Positions 1-11,579 of a stretch of DNA of 64,000 nucleotides are shown one piece after another; position 1 is the first letter of the stretch; every line of letters starts with the position of its first letter. The stretch comes from Mytilus californianus (taxonomy: Eukaryota). A model generated the notes under the pieces. That model worked only from the letters and a program-made list of their open reading frames with translations, ran no database searches and had not been told where the DNA came from. The translations under genes were made by a program, and so were the position numbers. Location: positions 89,838,001 through 89,902,000 of the forward strand of contig NW_026262679.1 in assembly GCF_021869535.1 (NCBI RefSeq), in the 5' to 3' direction.

Positions 1-27
1 GACTTAATGCCTAAATGTATTTCCGGT

Positions 28-840
28 CAGCGACCGGATTTTCATACGGAAATTGCAGGTAACAATAACATCATTTTTTATTGTTACCTACAAAATTTTA
101 CATAAAATTTGCAAATTATGTCTATTGTGTTTTGTATCTTGATACTTCGTACTGTCTTCGTGTTATTGCTCCGCATACGTTGTTTAACATATTTGAACAA
201 ATATATATGTATAGAAAATTATTTATTGAACATATAGCAATGATGAATTGAAAGCACATTTACACATATTTAGAATTCTTTTAGCTATTTATTTTGGTGG
301 CACTTCCTGCACATTCAGTCTGCAATCTATTGGAGCATTGTGAGGCGAAAACATTTCAGGTGATACCACTTTAGACACATGTTGCAAACTACAGATCTAT
401 TTATACAGAGACGTATGTGTACGTCTATACCACATACTAAACTGTTCCGCCCTGCTGTATTCTTCTTAGGTGATATCTTTTTTTTTACAAGAACTTCTTC
501 TGTATAATTGCACAAAGTTTGCATCTTGGAACCGTTGGAGTTTATCATTAAAATCTTGAAAGGATATGAACTATGCAATCACAAATTGGACACCTTACTC
601 ATTCGTATCTATACTTAAGAATTGAGAGTTTTTTTAATCGACCCCCTATGGAAAAAGTGGTAAATAAAACTGGAAGTATAATCATGTAATTGTTTAAATT
701 TATATCAGATTGTTCTCAAATCAAACATTAATTTAGATCAGTACCTGCTTCAATATATTTTGCGGGTAACAATAACTGGAGGTAACAATAAAAAATGATA
801 TTATTGTTACCAGCAATTCCCGCATGAAATAGGGTCCCTG
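28..840. mobile_element. Non-autonomous DNA transposon/MITE with ~60-bp imperfect terminal inverted repeats
   Basis: Left end cagcgaccggattttcatacggaaattgcaggtaacaataacatcattttttattgttacct is the imperfect reverse complement of the right end ...ggtaacaataaaaaatgatattattgttaccagcaattcccgcatgaaatagggtccctg. No clean TSD seen. Confidence 0.6.
285..578 (-). pseudogene. Decayed PHD-finger-like coding relic inside the MITE
   Basis: ORF 327-578 contains CNMCLKWYHLKC. Reading through two stops gives LQ*IAD*MCRKCHQNK*, which would complete a C4-H-C3 pattern with a W-x-C-x2-C tail if TGA derives from TGG. Confidence 0.45.
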
Positions 841-1284
841 TATGGAAATGGCTGTTTGCGATAGAGAGTAACTCATTTAAAGGAAACAAGTGCACACAAT
901 CGATTTAAAAATTAAAATATCAAGATAAAAAATATAAGCGGTCTCACGTGTTACTCAATAATATTCATGCACGTCGAGCGAATTGTTGCACATTCACTCA
1001 TTTTCTTTAGTCAATTGTACGGAAGCGTCAGACATCCTTTTTTTATATTTCTATCTGTGTTTGCGAGATAACACAAACCTTTGCGAGAAAACCCAAACTT
1101 TTTTTACGGCAATATACAATATGTTATGTTATATGTACATATACATGTTTTTTTTTTAATTTGGACGTATACGGTATAACGAGCTCTAAATGAATACACC
1201 ATTCAATGAAAATAAAAAAATACCCCAACCAGGTATTATTAACGTAAATAAATGTTGACAAAAATGAAGGAATGAACCATATAG

Positions 1285-1595
1285 ATAAGAAGATGTTTTA
1301 TGATTGCCAATGAGACAACCTTCCACAAGAGACCAAATGGCGTTGACGTAAGCAACCATGGTTAGGTAGTTGTGCGGCCTTTAACACGGAACAAACGCCC
1401 ACATTGCATATATATAGCAACCATTAACAGGCCAAATATGACAAGTGTAAAGAAAATTCAAAACGAATTTGATAATCAGACAAACGACAACTATTTAATT
1501 GCAGGATTTAAACTTTGGACAGGCATACATTATATATGTCGGGGTTAAACATGTTTTCTGGCACCAAACCCTCCCACTTACCTGTAACATTGGTG
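1285..1595 (-). mobile_element. Repeat family A: 3'-terminal fragment of a Penelope-like element
   Basis: Matches 16461-17000 by eye (tgattgccaatgagacaac...ggacaggca...ggggttaaacatgtt). Confidence 0.7.
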
Positions 1596-1803
1596 TAAAG
1601 CTTCACAAATTTTGTGTTAAACTTTTGGGCCTAGTTGGCCGAGTGACCGAAGTAGTTCACCTATAGTAATCACTAGAGAGTCAATACTGAGGTTGTTAGT
1701 TCATACTGATGTGATCGACTGTAATTATAATTTACTAGGGTTGCCAGTTTTGCTGCAGGTGGCCGATGGTTCTATCACTATATCACATATACAAATTTTT
1801 AAA

Positions 1804-2045
1804 TCGGACATAAAGCAAAATCATCGGGAAAAAAGGAAAACGGACCGAAAGCAAAAGTATCAGACGGAATGCAAAATAATCGGACATAAAGCAAAACGGA
1901 CCGAAAGCAACGGACAAAAAGCAAAATTATCGGACAAAAAGCTAAACGGACCGAAAGCAACAAACAAAAAGCAAAAGTGTCGGACAATAATCAAAACTCG
2001 GACAAAAAGCAACACCGGACAAAAAGCAAATGTCGGACAAAAAGC
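1804..2045. repeat. Minisatellite of CGGAC(A/C)(T/G/A)AAAGCAAAA-like units (~16-20 bp)
   Basis: About a dozen degenerate cggac...aaagcaa units read directly. It explains the K-rich ORF 1693-2157. Confidence 0.85.
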
Positions 2046-2137
2046 ACCGTATCATCTTTCTAATTTTAATTTCAGGATCCGCTTTCTAATTTTAACGGTC
2101 CAACATGATTGTTATTACTTAAGCAACCTCGTTAAAG

Positions 2138-2260
2138 GTGCGGATCCAGGATTTTGAAAAGGGGGGACCTAGCAAAAGTTTATGAAAAAGTCTATGCATT
2201 TATCATATATAAAATTCCAGAAGGGGGCGTGCCCCCTGTCCCTCCTAAATCTGTCTCTGC
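2138..2260. mobile_element. Short MITE of the (CAG)GGGCGGATCCAG...G-run...C-run family
   Basis: ggtgcggatccagg start, G-run, then cccctgtccctcctaaatctgtctctg end. Related copies lie near 52530-52720 and 53597-53740. Confidence 0.4.
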
Positions 2261-3174
2261 AAATTGTTTTTAAACCTATACATGTAGCCGTACAATGGAG
2301 CCTATGAGAATACAATCTAAGTATACATCTCAATAACCGAAAACCAACTTATATTTTCCAGTATACAATTATATATCAATATAAAGCTTGACACGTTTGT
2401 ATTTTTTTTAAACTTATTTGTTTTTTGTTTTTGTTCGTTTAAAAATATAGGACAACGGAGTTGGCATACGTGAGTTCGATTCCCACCCTATACATTCATT
2501 TATATTAACTGGTGCAAAGCGGGCAGTTTATCTGAGTGGCCCCGCACAGACTTTGTTGTTCCTTTGTCAACAAATTACGGCTGCCGCGGCCAGGTCAGGT
2601 CTTGCTATCTTTCTTTTTTTTTTCGAATTCCATATACAACAAAACCAAGGTATAATTGAGAAAATTATACCATAGATAATAGCTATGGTTTAGTTATCGG
2701 TTATTGATATTCATACTCTGGTTGCATTCCCTAGGTTACATTGTACAGCTATAGGTTAAACCAATTTAATACCACTAGATTCTACCAGACTCTTACGGAA
2801 TTCTTCATAGTCAGTTCAATATGACCATTAACACACCAAAAGAACTTCAACGACATGGTGGCGACAACATGTCGGTCGAAAAACCCTTTTCGGATTTTTG
2901 TTTCTTTTTTCGGATATTCCCTTAAAACATCACAAAGGAGCAGATGATTTTCTGAGAAGTATACGATTTCTCGCACATTAGTATATCTGAATTGGAAAAT
3001 AACCTTCAGGAGCTCATCAGGTAAAACCTGTTTCATACTAATTTAACGTAGTTTAACTTATTTAATATTTTCTTGCTCTTTGATATCGATATCCTTACGA
3101 CATTACAATAACAAGAATTTATAAATACTGCCTTAAATTCTTATAAAGGCAGAAAAGATTAAATTTGCATATTG

Positions 3175-3425
3175 TACAAAAAAGTAAAACAACAAAAATA
3201 CCGAATTCCGAGGAAAATTCAAAACTGAAAGTCCCTAATCAAATGGCAAAATCAAAAACTCAAACACATCAAACGAATGGATAACAACTGTCAAATTCCT
3301 GACTTAGTACAGACATTTTCTTATGTAGAAAATGGTGGATTAATCCTGGTTTTATAGCTAGCTAAATCTCTCACTTGTATGACAGTCGCATAAAATTCCA
3401 TTATATTGACAACAATGTGTGAACA
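3175..3425 (-). mobile_element. Repeat family C: 3' end of a Penelope-like element
   Basis: Near-identical to 27185-27430, which is contiguous with RT sequence on the minus strand. Confidence 0.75.
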
Positions 3426-4364
3426 ACTGATCGTCTTTTATGCGTCAAATGAATGACCATTAAACCATACAAATTGAATTAGAAAAAGTATGTACAAAAT
3501 AATAAAAAAACTGTACCTCTTCGGTTTTTTTGTTGTTGTTTGTATGTATCCAGAATTTTAAAATTTTCACTCCTTGGTAGCTTAAATTTAGTCAAACCCA
3601 TTACTTATGACAGAAGAAGGTGTCATACGCACGCGCTGAAGACTCCGAATGCAATGCATGTAATTATAAAAACCGATTGATTCGAAAGGTTTCCCGTACT
3701 TTAAAAAGAAAATTGCGCCACAACTCGGAAAACTTTCAAACTTATTGCACTTAACGATTGTATGCAGTGAATCCCTAGCCTAGAGTGTCTATACTGTCTA
3801 GAAATTTACAATGAGGGTCTGTTGACACTTTAATCATCAAAGCACTCTCTCTAAGTTTAGTTACCATTAGCATTTTTGTGTATTATGAAAAATATACTGG
3901 CACAAAATGTAACACTGAAAACTGAACCAAAAGCAACAAAGAAATTGTCTAAAACAAAACGAGACGACACTTTGGATACACCTGAAGTTGACCGCTTCTT
4001 GTTCAGAAAATGACATCCGCTGCATGTGATCCTAATGGAAAGTAAAAGTTCGTTGATAAGTCGCATTCGATGAAGTTATAATCAAGGTATTGAAAATAGA
4101 TTGTTGCTACGACAAATTGAAACACAACAGTAGTCACTTGCTACACAGATATTCCATAATAGTCAACCTAATCTTTATAGCATTCGTAAAATGTTCTTAC
4201 GGATGACCTCAACTTAACCCATTAGGAATCCCTTGTTTAGATGATTCAACAAATAAAATGTTGACGCAAATAACAACATAGTACTAGTCGGCCATATTGT
4301 CAAAAGTTGCGATCAAAGTCCGGTCATTGTTAACTTCTTTATAAGTCAACATAGCAAGAAAAAT

Positions 4365-4800
4365 CACCCCCGGTTTTTGGTAGGGTTCGTTTTGCCTAGT
4401 CTTTAGTTTTCTATACTGTGTTTTGTGGTAGATTTTTTTTTGGTCGTTTTTCGTTTTTTGCAATGGCATTGTCAGTTCATTTTCGACTTATGAGTTTGAA
4501 AATCCCTTTGGTAGGTTTCACCTCTCTTTTTATTTCATTGTGAACTTCCATTTCTATGTAGAAACATTCCAGGTGAACTTTGAATATGGAGTATATATCT
4601 CTTAACTGTTACGGTATTCCAGGGCTTGCGTTTTCTGTCATAAATTCCTTTACCGAGGGTGTCTGGTTTTCTAAAAAGCTTCTGAATGGAAAATATAAGG
4701 ACACGACGATAATTTGGTTGACCGTTATGGAATATATGTGTCGCAGACAAGCATGGATACGTTCCATAATTTCTATGTCACAGATGATCAATGATTTGTA
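4365..4800 (+). mobile_element. Decayed family B Penelope-like fragments in permuted order (3' tail, then RT C-terminus)
   Basis: 4365-4530 matches the tail at 19780-19946. 4535-4800 matches the upstream RT part (attgtgaacttccatttctatgtag...ttggttgaccgttatggaata). Confidence 0.6.
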
Positions 4801-5141
4801 CCGTCTGGCATAGCCCAAATCGCATCTTCCCGTGGAAGATATCAATAGTCCAAAAGTAAAGGTCACTTTTACAAAAAGTAGAAACTCCGAATTGGAATGC
4901 AACTTAATAGAAGATATACGGAAGAGAAAGACGCATATTGATTTTGGGTTCAACAAGTTATAGGACAAGGTCAATGTTACAAAAACAAGATTTAAAAAAA
5001 GTTAGTTTCGGAATTGTATCTCACTTTAGTTTGTAACGCACATATACAAGTGAATAATAAGCAATGCTAGTACATGTTTACATTTGTTCCGCCAAGCTGC
5101 GAGTATTTTAAACCATTGAAATGAAAAGTTTTGTATTAATA

Positions 5142-5540
5142 CAACTGATTTTTATAGTTTGTTCTTATGTTGTGCTTTTACAACACTGTCCCAGGTTAGG
5201 GGGGGGGGGGGGGTTGAGCGCTCACAAACATGTTTAACTCCGCCATATTCTTTATGTGCCTGTTTCAAGTTAAGAGCCTGTAGTTCAGTGGTTGTCTTTG
5301 GTTCATGTCTGTCATATTTGTTTTTTTGAAAATTGTGTTGCTATAAATTAGGCCGTTAGTTTTCTCAATTGAATTATTTCATATTTTTTCATTTCGGGGC
5401 CTTTTATAGCCGACTATACTGTATGGGGTTTTCTTATTGTTGAAGGACGTACGGTTGCCTATAATTGCTTACATCAACTTCATTTGAACTTTGATGGATA
5501 GTTGTCTCATTGGCAATCATACCACATCTCCTTATTTTTA
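5142..5540 (+). mobile_element. Repeat family A copy
   Basis: Reverse complement of 16461-17030 (caactgatttttatagttt...gtctcattggcaatcataccacatctcc). Confidence 0.75.
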
Positions 5541-5589
5541 CATGGAGTTCATGGAGCATCTGATGGCAGTACTAGGTTTTGACTTGTCT

Positions 5590-5900
5590 CTATCTAAACA
5601 AAGGCAGCAGTAGTATACCGCTGTTCAATAGTCATAAATCGATTAAGGGAAAACAAAACCGGGTTGCAAACCAAAACCGAGGGAAACAAATCTAATATAA
5701 GAAGAAAACAGCGGAACAACAGAAACACTGCACTGCTACAAAAACAAACGCCAACATACATAGAAACGGACTATTTGATTACAACTGCCATATTCCTGAC
5801 TTGGTACAGGACATTTTAAGAAAAATGGTGGGTTGAACCTGGTTTTATGGCTAGCCAAACCTCCCGCTCATATGGCAATGTTAAAAATAAAATTATCATT
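5590..5900. repeat. Interspersed repeat (family E), probably another retroelement 3' end
   Basis: Shares caactgccatattcctgacttggtacagg...aaatggtgggttgaacctggtttta with family C. Reverse-complement relatives lie near 18650-18790 and 38920-39090. Confidence 0.45.
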
Positions 5901-5949
5901 GACATAATTCAATATGTTTCAAAAGGTAAATCAATGTTATGCCTCATCG

Positions 5950-6250
5950 GTTGTCTCATGGTAAGGAACTCGCCTCGAATGGGGGTGTTTGTGTGTTCGA
6001 TATCCGATCTGTTGAAACTAAAGACTTGAAACATGGTTATTTTCTGCTACCTTTTTTTTTAATTTTTCACACAACAGTTAGTAGGTAGATCAAACGCTGG
6101 TCAAATCAGAATCAAAACAATGTAAACGACTGGGGTGACATGACTTTCTGTGGACTGTTATCCTGTGAAATAACATGTTAAAAATCCTGCTCAGTGTCGG
6201 TATTGTACAATCAGAAGTGGTATTCATATTACATTAACATATCCTCTTCT
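5950..6250 (+). mobile_element. Decayed tRNA-derived SINE (Meta/CORE-like central domain)
   Basis: gtgttcgatatcc B-box-like motif followed by aaactaaagactt..ggttatt..tgct..agaatca..aatgt..gactggggtgacatg. Similar to 8040-8345. Confidence 0.4.
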
Positions 6251-6404
6251 TAATATTCATCTGCTATTTACCACTTATTATACACCAATTAGACATCATA
6301 ACCCTCAATTAATATATTATAAAAGTGGAAAATTAATATAGAAAACAGGTATGTTTACTGGAAACTGAACAAACTTATTGATCGATTGTCTTTTTGTGTT
6401 TTAG

Positions 6405-6574
6405 ATAGAGGATTTACATTGCAACACTGGCATTACCATCAAAGTTCTCACGATGAACAGGTGGCAGTTTATTCATGTAAAGAATTCTTACAGGGATTCG
6501 CTTTTGTGTCGATCATAGATTTTGACGAAATCATCGTTAACGATAGATTTTCAGAATACACAAAATTACTTATG
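6405..6574 (+). CDS. Internal exon of a GT92/DUF23-like glycosyltransferase (only this exon identified)
   Basis: ttttag acceptor and atg|gtaact donor. Open frame DRGFTLQHWHYHQSSHDEQVAVYSCKEFLQGFAFVSIIDFDEIIVNDRFSEYTKLLM fits the Q-x-A-x3-C...V-x2-ID-x-DE pattern of GT92-type enzymes. Confidence 0.55.
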
Positions 6575-7134
6575 GTAACTATACTTAGACAGTAGATGTT
6601 TTGAGGATTAAAACTGTTAACCTAGAAAAGAGAAAGATAAAACAAAACAATACAAAAGGAGTTACAAAATTAGATTTTCAAATAAGAAGAAAAATGATAA
6701 AAAGAATAGTTTAAATTTACGAATGTTAGATTCTTTATTTTGCTGTAACAAAATAATGACTTTTTCGGACAGTTCCGTATACACTATTTACGACCATAAA
6801 GTGTGCTGTTGACGTCTCCGTAGGTTGAGTTCGAAATCCACTGGATAAATGATATAAATTTGCAAGTGCTAAAATGCTATTCTAACATTAAACAGCTAAC
6901 ATAAAAAAAATGTTATACACAACCCATGTAAATATACACAAGTCATGTAAATATACACAAGTCATGTAAATTGAACATTTATTTAAAATCTTTTATATAT
7001 TATATCATAAAGAAAAGCTACTGAAAAGCATATACATGAAAGAACTGTAACTGTTTATGTAGGCATTCCATATTCATGTAATGAAATATACTCTCAAGAC
7101 GAAACAACGATTAATGCAAGTCGACCATACCGTT

Positions 7135-7990
7135 GAAAAAAGAGGGACGACAGATACCAGAGGGACAGTCAAACTCAAAGATCGAAAACAAACTGACAAC
7201 GCCATGGCCAAAATTAAAAAGACAAACAGACAAATAATAGTACAGATGACACAACACAGAAAACTAAAGACTAAGCAACACGAACCCCACCAAAAACTGG
7301 GGGTGATGTCAGGTGCTCCGGAAGGGTAAGCAGATCCTGCTCCACATGTGGCACCCGTCGTGTTGCTTATGTTATTACAAATCCAGTAAATAGTCTAATG
7401 CGGTAGGTCACATTCGTGAAAAGGGAAAGGTATTGTAGTTACGACATAAGGAACATATTCGATATCATCCGTGAAACGGTTATTCCATAACGGTCAACAA
7501 ACTCGTGATGGCGTCCGTAAAATTTACGAATGGATGATTTCAACTTCACCATTTGGAACTCTTGGTTTAATAGCTTCCTTGTGAGCAGCAATCCTCTATA
7601 TTAAGGAAATCATGATAGGAATTACAAGCCCGGGAATATCGTATCAATTGGGAGATATATACTCCGTATGCAGGCGCTGCTGGAATTTTGCTACATAGAA
7701 ATGGAAAGTTCACAATTGGGAAGCTGAAATCATCTCTTTTGTCGTAAAGTTTTGTTTTCAACCGACCCTCATTGTCAATTTCTAGATGTAAGTCAAGATA
7801 TGAGGCAGACTTAACTGTATCTGTAGTATCCTTTGCCTCTAGTTCGATGGGATAGATTCGTTCAACATAGTCACCAAATTTTGTATTATTTAGTGAGAGA
7901 ACATCATTTATATAGCGGAACGTAAAGTTAAAGGTTATTGCTAACTTCTTATCTCTCTTCCTAAGAAGTTCCTGTATGAAGTCATGCTTG
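7135..7990 (-). mobile_element. 5'-truncated Penelope-like (Naiad-type) retroelement, family B, RT C-terminal half plus 3' tail
   Basis: Minus-strand translation FRYINDVLSLNN...SASYLDLHLEID...KTKLYDKRDDFSFPIVNFPFL...AYGVYISQLIRYSRAC. YxDD is degenerate (YIND) and there is a frameshift after YHDFL. Confidence 0.85.
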
Positions 7991-8039
7991 TATTTTATTC
8001 CTTTTATGCATAATTATTTGTTCTTTCTTAATAGGCTTT

Positions 8040-8345
8040 AAGCATCGGTGGTCACGTGCTAGCATGCTTGTATCGAATGCAGTAGGTCATCCGTTCGATC
8101 TACTACCAGCACAGATCAACGACTGGAAAATTGGTATTTGCTGCTTTCCGCTAAGCACGCAAAATTTACATGAAGGATTAAGAGCAAAAAAAAAATGTCA
8201 GCTTGATGTAAGAATGATGTAAATGGTTAGGATGGCATGCCATCCTGCGGGCGGTTACCTTATGAACTAACAAGCTAAAATACGATTTAACCTGTTTGTG
8301 TAGTGCATATCAACATAATAACACTAACATGTTCTTGGACTGATA
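8040..8345 (+). mobile_element. tRNA-derived SINE with Meta-type central domain
   Basis: tRNA-like head (tcggtggtcacgtgctagc...gttcgatct) followed by aaaattggtatttgctgctttccgctaagcacgca, resembling the conserved core of molluscan SINEs (recalled, not searched). Confidence 0.55.
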
Positions 8346-8350
8346 TGCAA

Positions 8351-8512
8351 TATTATACAATTATTGACTTTTGATGAAGTTGATAGAGTGATTTATCAAC
8401 CCCAGAGATATGATATTCACTGAGTCCAACGTCCGAGGTTGAATGTCATATCTCTGGCGCTGATAAATCATTTTATCAACTGAAATCAAAATTAATCAAT
8501 TGTTTTATTATA
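8351..8512. mobile_element. Fold-back (palindromic) MITE
   Basis: caattattgacttttgat..gttgata..gtgatttatca..ccagagatatga pairs imperfectly with tcatatctctgg..tgataaatca..tatcaac..atcaaaa..aatcaattg. Confidence 0.65.
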
Positions 8513-9862
8513 TGACTTTTTATCTTTCTCCAATTTTCTAGTATTTGCTCAAAATACTTTTAAAACTGCTCCCTGTTTTTATATAAAATATATCATCTGC
8601 TTTTGCAGTTGCTAATTTTCATAAGTTTAAATATTCAATAAAGTTTACTAAAAAATATACGCCAAAAAAAAAAAAGAAGAAGAGAAAAAATACACAGAAA
8701 ACAAGAAGAAAAAGAAAAAAAACGGGAATTTACTTGACGTCATAAACCTATGTCATTGGCGTTGCCTTGAAATATCTATATTTAGGTACACGGACACCAA
8801 ATCTTATATTAACCTCTCGTGATTTTTGCCGCTGTGAATATAACGTTTTATCAAAGATGATTTCCTATGCGTTTAGCCATTAGAAAACAGAAAATTTATA
8901 GTCGTATAATAATTCCCATTGGAACTTAAACACACTTCATCATCGTCAGCAGCAGCAGCAGTTGCAAAAAGCAGCAGCAGGAGCAGTCCCATCAATTGTC
9001 TTCAAGGTTTTTTTCTAGTTTTTGTGTCGCCTCGTCTCGACGAAGGCGGGTTGAGACTTTGATATGACCTTTCTAGCGTTAACATATGTGATGAGATCAC
9101 TGTCGTAAGTTATTTGTATTTGGGATAGACTTGTATTACCATTTGTACATTTCATTTCGATTTATAGTATTAGTAATTGTCCCTATGCCTCAGTCATGGT
9201 CCATTGAAACGTTTGCTTACGTGTTAAAATTTTGACATTAAATTATAAACTTTGCAATATACATGTACTATCAAAATTACATACGGGAAAAACATATATG
9301 TGCGTCAACATTTCAGTTGTTTAATTTGTTGAAGCAACTGAATATGGGTAATGATACTGTTAAAGTCATTCTGTCGAAAGTTTACGAATAATGATTTTGT
9401 TGACCATTATGGAATATATTTGACCACTGTTACGTTCAAGTTATCGTAGCCACAAACCATCTTCAAGGTGACATTTTGTATTGTTTTAGTAGAGTTCTTG
9501 GTCATTTTGATTTAGTTTTCAGTGTTGCATTTTGTGCAATTTTATTTTTCAATGTGTGTTGGGTTTTTTTTATACCGGTAACCATCTTTGGTTCTCTTTG
9601 TTCGTGAAAAATGGCGAAGTTAAAGGGTTAGATAAATGACTTGACCGATAGTCAATGAAAGGGTTACATGTGAGACATAATACAATCCACTACCAAATTT
9701 TTTATCACCGGTTATTACTCAACATATTATATGATGGATGTCACTGGTGAAGATGGAAATACCAGCCCTTTTCGGAACACCTAAGATCTCCCCTCAGTTT
9801 TCTGTTTAGTGTTTTAGGACTATTGTTATTTTTTTCGTCGTTTTTGACATTATGTATAACTT

Positions 9863-9967
9863 ATACCTTAATCATGTAAACAGAGGCGAAGATATCTAGG
9901 AGTTACTTATACAGGCTGTATAAGTAACTCCTAGATATCTTCGCCTCTGTTTACATGATTAAGGTAT
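9863..9967. repeat. Perfect palindrome: 52-bp arms, 1-nt spacer (G9915)
   Basis: ataccttaatcatgtaaacagaggcgaagatatctaggagttacttatacag-G-ctgtataagtaactcctagatatcttcgcctctgtttacatgattaaggtat, no mismatch seen. Confidence 0.95.
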
Positions 9968-11103
9968 CAACCGAATACACTCGTGTTTCTTAGTTTGTGT
10001 TGTTGTCATGTTTTTGTTTTAATTTGGTGGCTTGCGCGTTTTGTCAAAACTCGAGTCTCTGACTAGGATAAGTTGGAAATCTTCATACAATGCATACAAC
10101 TAATTTCAATATCTTGTTAATGTAAGCTTCCTCTATTCCACGATGTTATTTTAAGAAATGTAGCGAGGAATTATTTATTTAAAATTTCAATATATATTTA
10201 TGTATCTAAAAATGAACAATGCAATATAAAAAAATGTATAGAAGAAAACATAACTACCCTTAGCGGATGTAAATTGTATTTCTGGAAACAACTTTATTTG
10301 GAATGAGAGTGGACAGAATATTATCGTTATTTCCTTTTTCTTCTTTCCGCTAACGTAGAATTATAGCAATTGTCAAAAACATTTTTCAAGCAGCAACTCA
10401 TTTCGAACACAACATGCAGGAGTTAGTAAGAGGACATACAAGTTAGCAAAAAGACTAAGGTGGTGTGACATGTCTTTCTGCTTACTGTTACCATACAAAC
10501 TAGCACTCTTTAAATACGGATCAATGTTTTGTTTTTGCACACAGCATGTCCCTTTAACATAGAACTACTAGAAAATACCCGTATATTTTGTTACCCGTTT
10601 GTTTTCGCTTAATCGATTTATGTCTATTGAACAGCGGTATACTACTTACTTTCCCAATTTCAATTTTCAATTTTACTGTTGCCTTTTTTTATATATGCCA
10701 TCCTCTTCCTCCTCCTCATCAATTTGTTTACCATTTCATTTATAGTCAGAGATCTTACCGTCTTATCCAGATGCTGCTGCTTTCACCCTGAATGTTTCAT
10801 TCTTTATAACGGACTGGGGAGTGTCAGGAGTAGAACCTTTGATAACCAGTAAATACATAAGAAGAACATATCCTCTTGCTTATCGATATAAAAATATTTA
10901 TTTGCCAAACAGAACAGAAACAATTGATACTCATCGAATATGGTCAAAGGATGGCTACAGAAGGTATTTAAATAACTAGAACATGATAAAAATTGTACTC
11001 TTTGGACGGGTTGTTGTCCCTTTGATACATTCCCCGTTTCCATTCATTATTCTTTATAGAGCAAAACTTCTTGCTCATTTAACATCTTCTGTTATTTTTT
11101 TTT

Positions 11104-11396
11104 AGCTCACCTGGCCCAATGGGCCAAGTGAGCTTTTCTCATCACTTGGCGTCCGTCGTCTGTCGTCGTTGTCCGTCGTCCGTTAACTTTTACAAAAATC
11201 TTCTCCTCTGAAACTACTTGGTTAAATTTAACCAAAATTGGCCACAATCATTATTAGTGTATCTAGTTTAAAAAATGTGTTTGATGACCCCGCCTGCCAA
11301 CCAACATGGCCGACATGGCTAAAAACAGAACATTGGGGTAAAATGCAGGTTTTGGCTTATATCTCTGAAACTAAAGCATTTAGAGCAAACCTGATA
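11104..11396 (+). mobile_element. Truncated Helentron-associated interspersed element (HINE-like)
   Basis: Follows a T-run. 5' hairpin agctcac-ctggccc-aat-gggccaa-gtgagct is followed by a (CGT/GTCC)n microsatellite, the DINE-1/HINE layout. Confidence 0.65.
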
Positions 11397-11579
11397 AACA
11401 ATCAGTAAAAACCGACACTAGTTAGATTCCATAAATAAGTGCCTTGAAAATATTGAATATGGTTCCAATTATAATTTATTTACCAAATTAACAATTTAAG
11501 ATTATTTACAACAAAAAGTTCAGCTTTCTTCCCTTAACAGATGCAAATTTTGTAATTACAGTCCCTTTCGTGACGAGTA

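Noticed and set aside
1693-2157. 154-aa Lys-rich ORF
   Set aside because: Stays open only because it crosses the CGGAC minisatellite. It has a TTG start and no domain.
3811-4086. Possible first exon of the GT92-like gene (ATG, hydrophobic stretch TLIIKALSLSLVTISIFVYY, donor at 4087)
   Set aside because: Needs a frameshift and has six stops in ~87 codons, close to random expectation. Not supportable without alignment.
8940-8985. (CAG)n tract suggesting a polyQ/polyA exon
   Set aside because: No surrounding open frame or splice sites. It is a simple microsatellite next to a HINE-like start.
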